Shown in pieces: positions 17,607 to 26,702 of a stretch of 38,776 nt of DNA. The translations under genes and the position numbers were made by a program. The notes under the pieces were generated by a model, which did no database searches, had not been told where the DNA came from, and worked only from the letters and a program-made list of their open reading frames with translations. Positions within the stretch are counted from its first letter, which is position 1. The number at the start of each line of letters is the position of its first letter. The stretch spans positions 1 through 38,776 of the forward strand of contig CADCOU010000203.1 in NCBI GenBank assembly GCA_902803155.1, written 5' to 3'. The stretch comes from an uncultured Lachnospiraceae bacterium. GTDB lineage: Bacteria; Bacillota; Clostridia; Lachnospirales; Lachnospiraceae.

Positions 17607-17636
17607 CACCCCGGGTAAACCCGGGGTGTTTTTCTT
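17607..17636 (+). terminator. Leader terminator (riboswitch expression platform)
   Basis: CACCCCGGG-TAAA-CCCGGGGTG-TTTTT between the aptamer and the first RBS. Confidence 0.88.
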
Positions 17637-17670
17637 CTCTGTATAAGCAGACTTGAACAGGAGGGTAGTT

Positions 17671-19209
17671 ATGAAGAAATTATGGAGCTTAGTGATCGCG
17701 GCAGCCATGGCAGCTGCGATGCTGTCAGGATCCGTACTGGCTGATGAAACAGAGGCATCGGACAAAGCCGCCGAATGCGCCGCCCTGATCGATGCGATCT
17801 ACGTGCAGGAGAGGACCGATGATACCGACGCTCTCTGTGAACAGGCAAAGGCTGCATGGGATGCGCTGACGGATGAAGAGAAGGAGATGGTAGAGGGAGA
17901 ATCGGCTGATCCGGATTACTTCGGAAGGGATACGGGAGATGCTTCCGCGGATGATCCGCTGAATGCAGATGAGATCGGTGAGAACGAGATCCTGGTCGTC
18001 AGCTTCGGAACTTCCTTCAATGACAGCAGGGCGGAAGATATCGGAGGCATAGAGAAGGCCATTGCCGCCGCATATCCGGACTGGTCTGTCCGCAGGGCAT
18101 TTACAGCCCAGATCATCATCAACCACGTCCAGGCAAGAGACGGGGAGAAGATCGATAACGTGGAGCAGGCGCTGGAGAGAGCTGCTGCAAACGGCGTTAA
18201 GAATCTGGTGGTGCAGCCCACGCATCTGATGCACGGTGCGGAGTATGATGAACTCTGTGATGCTCTTGAGGCGTATCAGGATCAGTTTGACCAGGTTGTG
18301 GTTGCAGAACCGCTTCTAGGAGAAGTCGGATCCGATGCGACCGTGATCAATGAAGATAAGAAGGCAGTGGCGGAGGCGCTTACTGCCGAAGCGGTAGCGG
18401 ATGCAGGATATGAATCCCTGGAAGAGGCGCAGGAAGACGGGACTGCATTTGTCTTCATGGGACACGGTACCGCTCACACTGCGAAAGTCAGTTACAGCCA
18501 GATGGCTTCGCAGATGAAGGAACTCGGATATTCCAATGTGTTCATCGGCACAGTTGAGGGCGAACCGGAAGAGACGGCATGCGGGAATGTCATTGAGGAT
18601 GTGAAGTCTGCAGGCTATCAGAAAGTCGAACTCCGTCCGCTCATGGTTGTGGCAGGAGATCACGCCAACAATGACATGGCGGGTGAGGATGAGGATTCCT
18701 GGAAGAGCATGTTCGAAGCCGCCGATGCATTTGGCAGCATCGAGTGCCAGATCGCAGGGCTCGGAAGGATCCAGGCTGTGCAGGATCTGTATGTTGCCCA
18801 CACCGGGAACGCCCTGGAAGAGCTTAAAAAAACTGAGCTGACAGGCCTTGCGGACGGGGAATATGAAGTCACATTTACAACGGACAGCTCCATGTTTAAG
18901 GTGAATGAAACGCTGGACAACAAGGCAGTCCTTACGGTGAAGGACGGGAAAATGACAGTCCATATCAGCCTGCAGTCCCAGAAGATCGTCAATCTCTTTC
19001 CGGGCCTTGCAGAGGATGCGAAGGCGGAAGGCGCTGAGCTTCTTGAACCGACGAAGGATGAGGTGACTTACAGTGACGGGACAACAGAGACTGTCAACGG
19101 GTTTGATGTACCGGTTCCGGCACTTGACACAGAATTTGACCTGGCACTGATCGGAACCAAGGGAAAGTGGTATGATCACAAGGTGACGGTTTCCTCACCT
19201 GTTCAATAA
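17671..19209 (+). CDS. cbiK: Exported sirohydrochlorin cobaltochelatase (CbiK family) with a C-terminal NEAT-like domain
   Basis: Signal peptide MKKLWSLVIAAAMAAAMLSGSVLA; ILVVSFGTS, RRAFT, QPTHLMHGAEY, FMGHGT, GTVEG and PLMVVAGDHANND; extra domain from about 18847 (LADGEY..SSMFKV..WYDHKVTV). Confidence 0.9.
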   Translation: MKKLWSLVIAAAMAAAMLSGSVLADETEASDKAAECAALIDAIYVQERTDDTDALCEQAKAAWDALTDEEKEMVEGESADPDYFGRDTGDASADDPLNADEIGENEILVVSFGTSFNDSRAEDIGGIEKAIAAAYPDWSVRRAFTAQIIINHVQARDGEKIDNVEQALERAAANGVKNLVVQPTHLMHGAEYDELCDALEAYQDQFDQVVVAEPLLGEVGSDATVINEDKKAVAEALTAEAVADAGYESLEEAQEDGTAFVFMGHGTAHTAKVSYSQMASQMKELGYSNVFIGTVEGEPEETACGNVIEDVKSAGYQKVELRPLMVVAGDHANNDMAGEDEDSWKSMFEAADAFGSIECQIAGLGRIQAVQDLYVAHTGNALEELKKTELTGLADGEYEVTFTTDSSMFKVNETLDNKAVLTVKDGKMTVHISLQSQKIVNLFPGLAEDAKAEGAELLEPTKDEVTYSDGTTETVNGFDVPVPALDTEFDLALIGTKGKWYDHKVTVSSPVQ

Positions 19210-19218
19210 GAGGTATCT

Positions 19219-20811
19219 ATGACCCGGTCCATTCACAAGACAGTAAAAATATTATTACTGACAGCCTTCGCGGCTGCATTCATTACAACCTCCTGCTGCG
19301 CGCAGGGGGTTGCTTCCATAGAGCAGACGAAAAAGACCATCCGCATCGGCATCACCATGGAAGGAGGCTCCGGGAAAGCATATATCCAGTCGCCTGTCGA
19401 AGTGACAGTGAAGAATGATGCCATAACGGCCAGGCTGATCTGGAGCAGCAAAAACTATGACTATATGATCGTGGATGGCGTCCGGTATGAAAATGAGAAT
19501 CCCGGCGGAGAATCCACCTTCACGATTCCGGTCGCAACCCTGGATGAGCCGCTCACCGTAATCGGGGATACGGTTGCCATGAGTACGCCTCATGAGATCG
19601 AATACGTGATCACCTGGAACACGGGAGAAAACGCAGGAGATGAGGAAAATGGTTCCGAAGAAGGAGATCTGCAGGCAGAATCCGACGCGGGAGATCCTCT
19701 GCCGAGTGAAACGGACGGGGAAAATCCTTCCGACAGTTCCGTTTCGGAAAAGGAATTGGAAGAAGCGTTGGAAGCGGCCGGCCTGACATGCTCCGGGGAA
19801 CTGGATCTGAAATATGCCACCGGCTTCAGAGCTGCGTATTATGGGGGCTATACCGTCATAGCCATCGACAATTCCGGGATCTATCTGCTTGTTCCGGAAG
19901 GCGGGGAAGTTCCGGCAGGGATACCGGAGGAAACGGTGATCCTGGAGAAGCCGCTGGACTGCACCTATCTGGTCTCGACGTCCGTGATGGACCTGCTCAG
20001 AGCGTGTGATGCCCTTGACAGGGTCAGACTGTCAGGAACCAGGGAGAGTGACTGGTATATAGACGAGGCAAAAGACGCCATGCAAAGCGGCGACATCGTC
20101 TATGCAGGCAGATACAGAGCACCCGACTATGAGAGGATCCTTGCGGAAGGCTGCGATCTGGCGATCGAAAACACCATGATCTACCATGAGCCTGCGGTGA
20201 AGGCAAAGCTGGAAGAACTGGGCATTCCTGTCCTGGTGGAGACCTCCAGCTATGAATCGCATCCGCTGGGCAGGCTCGAATGGATCAGACTGTACGGGAT
20301 ATTGTTTGACAGAGAGGCGGAAGCAGAAGAATGGTTCGATAAGCAGCTGCAGGAAGTGGAGCCGCTGCTGGAAGAGAAGCCGGATACCGGGAAGAGCGCC
20401 GCGTTTTTCTATGTTGCGGGGAACGGTATGATCAATGTCCGCAAGCCGGGAGATTATATCACCAAAATGATCGAGATGTCCGGAGGCCATTATATCCTGA
20501 CAGATGCGGAAGAGGATGAAAATGCACTTTCGACCATGAACATGCAGATGGAAGACTTTTACGCAGCAGCATCTGACGCAGATGTCATCCTGTACAACAG
20601 TACGATCGGAGGGGAGATCACATCGGTAAGTGATCTTATCGGGATGAACCCTCTGTTTCAGGATTTCAGGGCCGTGGAGGACGGGCAGGTATACTGCGTG
20701 GAGCGCGGGTTTTTCCAGCATACAACCGGAATGGCGGAGTTTATTAAGGACCTTTGCAGCGTATGGGACGGTACCGGGGACAACTGTACATTTCTGAAGA
20801 AACTGGACTGA
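19219..20811 (+). CDS. Iron-complex/cobalamin ABC transporter substrate-binding protein with an extra N-terminal NEAT-like domain and acidic linker
   Basis: Signal peptide; N-domain EGGSGKA..WSSKNYDYM..AMSTPHEIEY; binding-protein motifs YATGF, APDYE and SSYESHPLGRLEWI. Confidence 0.87.
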   Translation: MTRSIHKTVKILLLTAFAAAFITTSCCAQGVASIEQTKKTIRIGITMEGGSGKAYIQSPVEVTVKNDAITARLIWSSKNYDYMIVDGVRYENENPGGESTFTIPVATLDEPLTVIGDTVAMSTPHEIEYVITWNTGENAGDEENGSEEGDLQAESDAGDPLPSETDGENPSDSSVSEKELEEALEAAGLTCSGELDLKYATGFRAAYYGGYTVIAIDNSGIYLLVPEGGEVPAGIPEETVILEKPLDCTYLVSTSVMDLLRACDALDRVRLSGTRESDWYIDEAKDAMQSGDIVYAGRYRAPDYERILAEGCDLAIENTMIYHEPAVKAKLEELGIPVLVETSSYESHPLGRLEWIRLYGILFDREAEAEEWFDKQLQEVEPLLEEKPDTGKSAAFFYVAGNGMINVRKPGDYITKMIEMSGGHYILTDAEEDENALSTMNMQMEDFYAAASDADVILYNSTIGGEITSVSDLIGMNPLFQDFRAVEDGQVYCVERGFFQHTTGMAEFIKDLCSVWDGTGDNCTFLKKLD

Positions 20812-20814
20812 ATC

Positions 20815-21831
20815 ATGAACCGTAGAAGATATGTGCTTTATTTCAGTTTAATTACGGCAGCGATCATCGCTCTGACGTGGATGAATATCGCATGGGGAAG
20901 CGTGGATCTGTCCGCGGGGGAGATCTTCCGGATCCTGGGAGGAGACCGGAGCGATGTAATGCACTCGAATATCATATGCAGCATCCGGCTTCCGAGGACA
21001 GCTGCAGCGATCCTGCTCGGAGGGGCGCTTGCGCTCTCCGGCTATCTGCTGCAGACTTTTTTCCGCAATCCGATCGTCGGCCCATTTGTCCTGGGGATCT
21101 CTTCCGGAGCCAAACTGGCAGTGGCCCTGGCTATGATCCTGGTTCTTTCAGGCGGAAAGGAGATCGGCCTGTATACCATGGTGGCCGCTGCATTTGCAGG
21201 CTCACTCATCGTGATGGCTTTTGTGCTTCTGGTCTCGGTGAGAGTCCGGAGCATGAGCATCCTGGTGGTCTGCGGGATCATGATCGGATATATCTGCTCT
21301 GCGGTCACTGACTTTGTGGTGACTTTTGCAGATGATTCCAATATCGTGAATCTTCACAACTGGTCCATGGGGAGCCTGTCCGGAATCAACTGGGAGGAGA
21401 TCCGGATCATTGCAGTGATTACGGCCTTCTGCCTTGTGATGACGGTATGGATGCTGAAACCGATGAGTGCATACAGGCTCGGGGAAGCATACGCAAGAAG
21501 CGTCGGTGTCAGCATAAAGGGCCTCAGGGTGATGCTGATCACGATATCCAGCCTGCTCGCCGCCTGTGTGACCGCGTTTGCGGGTCCCATCTCGTTTGTA
21601 GGAATCGCGATCCCGCATCTGGTCAGGTCCTGCCTTAAGACGGATGCGGCACATGTGATGATTCCCGCAAGCTTCCTGGGCGGCGCAGCAGTGACCCTCC
21701 TCTGTGACGCGATCGCGAGAACGGTTTTTGCCCCGACGGAAGTCAGCATCAGTTCGGTGACAGCCCTGCTGCTGGTGCCGGTCGTAATCTACATGATGAT
21801 CCACAGAAATGACAGAAACAGGGATGTATGA
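20815..21831 (+). CDS. FecCD/BtuC-family ABC permease
   Basis: IRLPR, LQTFFRNPIVGPFVLGISSGA, LGEAYARSVG and GPISFVGIAIPH. Confidence 0.95.
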   Translation: MNRRRYVLYFSLITAAIIALTWMNIAWGSVDLSAGEIFRILGGDRSDVMHSNIICSIRLPRTAAAILLGGALALSGYLLQTFFRNPIVGPFVLGISSGAKLAVALAMILVLSGGKEIGLYTMVAAAFAGSLIVMAFVLLVSVRVRSMSILVVCGIMIGYICSAVTDFVVTFADDSNIVNLHNWSMGSLSGINWEEIRIIAVITAFCLVMTVWMLKPMSAYRLGEAYARSVGVSIKGLRVMLITISSLLAACVTAFAGPISFVGIAIPHLVRSCLKTDAAHVMIPASFLGGAAVTLLCDAIARTVFAPTEVSISSVTALLLVPVVIYMMIHRNDRNRDV

Positions 21832-24190
21832 TATGGCGGATCAGAAGGGAATCAGGACAGATCATCTGCATATCGGATACAGCTGTGATCTGATCAGGGA
21901 TATCTGTATAGAGGTGCAGCCCGGACGCATCGTAACACTGATCGGTCCGAATGGCTGCGGCAAGTCCACACTGCTCAGGACTCTGACAGGAGAGCTGAGG
22001 GAAAGAGGCGGAGTGGTCTTTCTTGACGGAAAGGACAAGTCCGCTCTCCGGTCCGGCGATGTGGTAAAACGGATGTCCATGGTAATGACATACCGGGTCA
22101 GGCCCGAACTTATGACCTGCAGGGAAGTTGTGGAGACCGGCCGGTACCCGTATACAGGAAGATTCGGTATCCTTTCGGAACATGACAGGGCACTCGTGCA
22201 GGAGGCCATGGAGTGGACGGATGTCGCCGGGATCGGGGATGAATACATCCAGAATATCAGCGACGGACAGCGGCAGAGAGTGATGCTGTCAAGAGCCATC
22301 TGCCAGGAGCCGGAGGTGCTGATCCTGGATGAACCGACCTCCTACCTGGATATCCGGCACAGGCTGGATCTTCTTCAGAAGATCAAAGATCTGTCAAAGG
22401 AGAGGGACATTGCAGTACTGATGTCTCTGCATGAGCTTGAAACTGCCATGAAGATATCCGATACCGTTGTGGCCCTGGGAGAAGGAAAAGTCCTGAGGAT
22501 CGGGACGCCGCAGGAGGTGTTCCGGGAGGACTTTATCCGGAAACTGTACGACATTGAACGCGCCGACACGGAATATCTGGGATATGAACCGTGGTTTGAG
22601 GACAATGACTTCACCGGGGAAACAAACAGGAACGGGCAGGCAATACCATCGGAAAATGCAGACTGTAATATCCGGGTAAATACGCTTCCGGAGAAGCACT
22701 CCAAAGCCAGACCTATCATGATACAGGGAACGATGTCCAATGCGGGAAAGAGCATGATCGCGGCAGGGCTGTGCAGGATCTTTGCTCAGGACGGATACCG
22801 GGTCGCCCCCTTTAAATCACAGAACATGGCGCTGAATTCTTTTGTGACTTCGGAAGGCCTGGAGATGGGAAGAGCGCAGGTGGTGCAGGCGGAATGCGCA
22901 GGGATCGATCCGATGGTCTGTATGAACCCGATCCTTCTGAAACCGACAAGCGACGAAGGTTCCCAGGTGATCGTCAACGGGCAGGTCGTCGGAAATATGA
23001 GCGCGGCGGAGTATTTCCGACGGAAAAAAGAGTTTGCCGGAGATATCCGGAAGGCTTATGAGAAGCTCTCGGATATGGCGGACATCATCGTAGTGGAAGG
23101 CGCCGGATCCCCGGCAGAGATGAACCTCAGGCAGGATGACATCGTGAATATGGGGCTTGCGGAGATGATCGATGCCCCGGTCCTCCTGGTCGGAGATATT
23201 GACAGGGGCGGCGTGTTCGCGCAGCTGATCGGAACGATGGATCTTCTGGAGGAAAATGAGAGAAAACGGGTGAAGGGTTTCATCGTCAACAAGTTCCGGG
23301 GAGATCCCGGGCTGTTCGAGGACGGAATCCGGATACTGGAAGAAAGAGGGCGGACAAAGGTCGTCGGAGTCGTACCCTGGCTGGATGTGAAGCTGGACGA
23401 TGAAGATTCCCTGTCGGAACGTTTCCGTGCAGTGCCGGCGAAGCACTTTGATATCGCGGTGATACGCCTGAAGCACATTTCCAATTTCACGGATTTTGAT
23501 ACCTTCGAACAGCTGGAGGATGTCTCTGTCCGGTACGTGTCTTCCCCGGAAGAACTGGGAGATCCGGACATGATCGTGATACCGGGATCCAAGAATACGA
23601 TCGCGGATCTTAAGTGGCTGAAGGAAGCAGGGATCGCGGGAAGGATCACGGAGAAGGCAGAGGAAGGAACCGTTATCTTCGGGATCTGCGGGGGTTATCA
23701 GATGCTCGGAAGATCCGTGGAAGATCCTCAGGGAACAGAATCCGGAGGAAGAGAGGATGGACTATGCCTTTTGCCCGTCGATACGGAGCTTGGAAATGAG
23801 AAAGAAAGGAGATCCTATTCCGGTGAGATCGCAGGCGCCACGGGTGTGCTTGAGGACCTGAAGGGAGCCGGTGTCCGGGGATACGAGATCCATATGGGAC
23901 GGACCCTGCCATACGAAGACCTGACGGAATTCACCTCCGGCGGGACCGGATACTGCAGAGGGGACATTTACGGCAGCTATGTGCACGGACTTTTTGACAG
24001 GAGGGAGATCATGACACGGGTCATCTGTGCGATATCCGGAAGGAAAGGTGCGGAGATCGATGTCAGCAGGGCTGTGGATTATGAAGCTTTCCGACAGACC
24101 CAGTATGACATCCTTGCGCAGAAGCTCAGAGAGAGTCTGGATATGGACTACATATACGGACTTATGGGAATAGAGAGACATGACGATTGA
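21809..24190 (+). CDS. cobQ: Fusion of an ABC ATPase (FepC/BtuD-like) and cobyric acid synthase CobQ/CbiP; true start may be 21824 or 21833
   Basis: GPNGCGKST, ISDGQRQRV and LILDEPT, then in the same frame from about 22718 MIQGTMSNAGKS, PFKSQNMALNS, EGAGSPAE, ISNFTDF, GICGGYQMLG and YVHG. Confidence 0.93.
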   Translation: MTETGMYDMADQKGIRTDHLHIGYSCDLIRDICIEVQPGRIVTLIGPNGCGKSTLLRTLTGELRERGGVVFLDGKDKSALRSGDVVKRMSMVMTYRVRPELMTCREVVETGRYPYTGRFGILSEHDRALVQEAMEWTDVAGIGDEYIQNISDGQRQRVMLSRAICQEPEVLILDEPTSYLDIRHRLDLLQKIKDLSKERDIAVLMSLHELETAMKISDTVVALGEGKVLRIGTPQEVFREDFIRKLYDIERADTEYLGYEPWFEDNDFTGETNRNGQAIPSENADCNIRVNTLPEKHSKARPIMIQGTMSNAGKSMIAAGLCRIFAQDGYRVAPFKSQNMALNSFVTSEGLEMGRAQVVQAECAGIDPMVCMNPILLKPTSDEGSQVIVNGQVVGNMSAAEYFRRKKEFAGDIRKAYEKLSDMADIIVVEGAGSPAEMNLRQDDIVNMGLAEMIDAPVLLVGDIDRGGVFAQLIGTMDLLEENERKRVKGFIVNKFRGDPGLFEDGIRILEERGRTKVVGVVPWLDVKLDDEDSLSERFRAVPAKHFDIAVIRLKHISNFTDFDTFEQLEDVSVRYVSSPEELGDPDMIVIPGSKNTIADLKWLKEAGIAGRITEKAEEGTVIFGICGGYQMLGRSVEDPQGTESGGREDGLCLLPVDTELGNEKERRSYSGEIAGATGVLEDLKGAGVRGYEIHMGRTLPYEDLTEFTSGGTGYCRGDIYGSYVHGLFDRREIMTRVICAISGRKGAEIDVSRAVDYEAFRQTQYDILAQKLRESLDMDYIYGLMGIERHDD

Positions 24191-25304
24191 AGAATTGTGC
24201 TCCATCCGGATCAGCAAGCCGGATCCCGGGATCCGGGATGAGGCAAAGAAGAGATGGGATGCGATAGCGAAACCGATAGACGGTCTGGGCAGGATGGAAG
24301 AGATCATCTGCAGGATTGCTTCCGCAAGGGGAGAACTGTGCCCGGATATTTCGAAGAAAGCACTGGTGATCATGTGCGCCGATAACGGAGTGGTCCGGGA
24401 AGGTGTCTCCCAGACGGACCAGAGCGTCACAGGGCAGGTAGCACACCTTATGGGGGAGCGGAAGAGCTCCGTCGGGATCATGATCCGGGGATATGGAGCG
24501 GATATCTTCACGATTGACGTGGGGATTAACTCAGATGAGAAATATCCCGGCGTCATTGACAGGAAAGTGAGAAAAGGCACCGCTGACATTGCTTTAGGGC
24601 CGGCCATGACGGAGCGGGAATGCCTGAAAGCCATTGAAGCAGGGATCGGGACAGTCAGAGACTGCAGTGAGAAGGGGTATGGACTGATCGCAGCCGGGGA
24701 GATGGGGATCGGCAACACGACTACCGGCACGGCGCTTCTGTGTGCATTGACCGGTATGGATCCCGCCCTGCTTACGGGACCGGGGGCCGGACTGCCTGAG
24801 AGTGGCTTGAAGAGAAAAGAGCAGGTGATCCGGAACGCCCTGGAACTTCACCTCAGAGAAATCGGGGAAAACGGGACATTATCTCCGCAGGGCGAAAACA
24901 CGGCGGAAGGGTTCGATTCCCCTCAGAGTGTTTTTGAATGTTTGCGAAGGCTGGGAGGACTGGACATCGCAGGGATGACCGGGGTGTTCATCGGAGGAGC
25001 CATGTACAGGATCCCGGTGGTCATCGACGGCCTGATCTGTGCAGCTGCAGCCCTTACGGCCCAGAGGATCGTGAACGGATGCAGAGAGTATATGATTGCA
25101 TCCCACACCGGACGGGAGAAAGGAACCGATGTGGCGCTGGACCTTCTTCAGCTCAGTCCCGTGATCTGCGCTGATCTTTCCCTGGGAGAGGGGACCGGAG
25201 CAGTCATGCTGTTTCCCCTTCTGGATATGGCCATGGCGCTCTATGCAGAGGGCAGTTCATTTTCAGAGACAGGGATCCGGAAGTATGAGAGGTATCAGGG
25301 ATGA
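24180..25304 (+). CDS. cobT: Nicotinate-nucleotide:dimethylbenzimidazole phosphoribosyltransferase
   Basis: AKPIDGLG, CADNGV, GEMGIGNTT, VVIDG and LGEGTGA. Confidence 0.95.
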   Translation: MTIEELCSIRISKPDPGIRDEAKKRWDAIAKPIDGLGRMEEIICRIASARGELCPDISKKALVIMCADNGVVREGVSQTDQSVTGQVAHLMGERKSSVGIMIRGYGADIFTIDVGINSDEKYPGVIDRKVRKGTADIALGPAMTERECLKAIEAGIGTVRDCSEKGYGLIAAGEMGIGNTTTGTALLCALTGMDPALLTGPGAGLPESGLKRKEQVIRNALELHLREIGENGTLSPQGENTAEGFDSPQSVFECLRRLGGLDIAGMTGVFIGGAMYRIPVVIDGLICAAAALTAQRIVNGCREYMIASHTGREKGTDVALDLLQLSPVICADLSLGEGTGAVMLFPLLDMAMALYAEGSSFSETGIRKYERYQG

Positions 25305-25846
25305 TTACACTGGTTATCGGAACGCCGGACAGCGGCAAATCAGCGCTCGCCGAGGAGCTCGTGCTGAAGTCGGGGATAGAGCCGCGCTATTACCTTGCCA
25401 CGATGAAGGTCATCGATGAAGCAGGGGCGGAGCGCGTGGAAAAGCACCTGAAACAGAGGGAAGGGAAGGGGTTTATTACAATCGAGCGTTCCGTTGATAT
25501 CCTCTCAGCGGCGGAAGAGATGGAAGATCCCGCCCATGCGGCAGTCCTTCTGGAATGCGTATCGAACCTGGTCGGAAATGAGATGCATGACGCTTCGGAC
25601 CGCGCGGAGATGTGCAGACAGGGACCACAGTCTGAGGAACAGTTCGCGGATGCAGTTGCGGAGGATATCAGGATCCTCGGCAGCAAAGTCCGGAACCTGG
25701 TTATCGTCACGAATGAATATGACAGGGACGGCAGCGGATACGACGAGGACACCCGCCTCTATGTGAGGCTGCTGGATCTGGTAAATGTGAGACTGACCGG
25801 GTATGCGGACAGGGTATATAACTTAGAAAGGAACGATACAGATTGA
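25301..25846 (+). CDS. cobU: Adenosylcobinamide kinase/guanylyltransferase
   Basis: GTPDSGKS, YYLATM, RVEKH..QR, LLECVSN and VIVTNE. Confidence 0.9.
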   Translation: MITLVIGTPDSGKSALAEELVLKSGIEPRYYLATMKVIDEAGAERVEKHLKQREGKGFITIERSVDILSAAEEMEDPAHAAVLLECVSNLVGNEMHDASDRAEMCRQGPQSEEQFADAVAEDIRILGSKVRNLVIVTNEYDRDGSGYDEDTRLYVRLLDLVNVRLTGYADRVYNLERNDTD

Positions 25847-26637
25847 GATATCTCAGATGGCTTGCGGCGGCGTTTTCCCTGTACAGCAGGATCCCGATGC
25901 CGCATCTTGAATGGAAGGATGACGACATGGCTTGCAGCCTGGCATTCTTCCCGCTTGTCGGGGCGGTAATCGGTGCGGTCATCTGCCTGGTCAATATCCC
26001 GCAGCAGGCGAGGGAACTGCCTGCAGCTGTCAGGGTGATGCTGACCCTGCTGGCGCCTCTGCTGATCACGGGAGGGTTTCATCTTGACGGTTTCATGGAT
26101 ACGGAAGATGCGCTGCGCTCCTATGCCGGAAGAGAGAAGAAACTGGAGATCCTGAGAGATCCACATGTCGGGGCATTTGCAGTGATCGGTCTTATCCGAT
26201 GCATGCTGATCCTGACCTGCGCGGTGACATATATCCTGCTGTATGAACCGTACAGCCCTGGAACGATCCCGATCCTTGCGTCTGTATTCGTGACCGGGCG
26301 GTGTCTCAGCGCGCTTTCATCGCTTCTGCTTCGAAAGGCCAGGAAAGACGGTATGCTGTATTCGGAGACTGCCGGAGGCAAAGGTGGCAGGAGGGGGTTG
26401 ATTCTGTTCCCTGCCGTTCTGCTTGCAGCTTGTTCGGTATGGACACTGTATCTGGATGCGGCCTGCGGAGCGGCTGTCCTTGCGGCATACGCGCTGTATA
26501 CCGCATATTACAGGTACCGGACATACCGGGAATTCGGGGGAGTGACCGGCGATACGGCGGGACATTTCCTGGTTTCGGCTGAGACTGCGGCGTGTGCTGC
26601 CCTGGCTGCAGCCCTGTTTCTGAAGACCTGCTTCTGA
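25843..26637 (+). CDS. cobS: Cobalamin synthase (adenosylcobinamide-GDP ribazoletransferase)
   Basis: YSRIP, FFPLVG, TGGFHLDGFMDT, DPHVGAF and FGGVTGDTAG; TTG start overlaps the cobU stop. Confidence 0.94.
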   Translation: MRYLRWLAAAFSLYSRIPMPHLEWKDDDMACSLAFFPLVGAVIGAVICLVNIPQQARELPAAVRVMLTLLAPLLITGGFHLDGFMDTEDALRSYAGREKKLEILRDPHVGAFAVIGLIRCMLILTCAVTYILLYEPYSPGTIPILASVFVTGRCLSALSSLLLRKARKDGMLYSETAGGKGGRRGLILFPAVLLAACSVWTLYLDAACGAAVLAAYALYTAYYRYRTYREFGGVTGDTAGHFLVSAETAACAALAAALFLKTCF

Positions 26638-26702
26638 GGAGAGGAAGAATCGCGCATAAGAGCCAGTGCATTCTTAAGCAGCAGCTGTACGGGAGGATCC
26701 AT

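Noticed and set aside
26638-26702. Gap between cobS and cobC as a possible remnant of a second cobU-like gene
   Set aside because: It is only 65 nt and contains no recognisable coding remnant.
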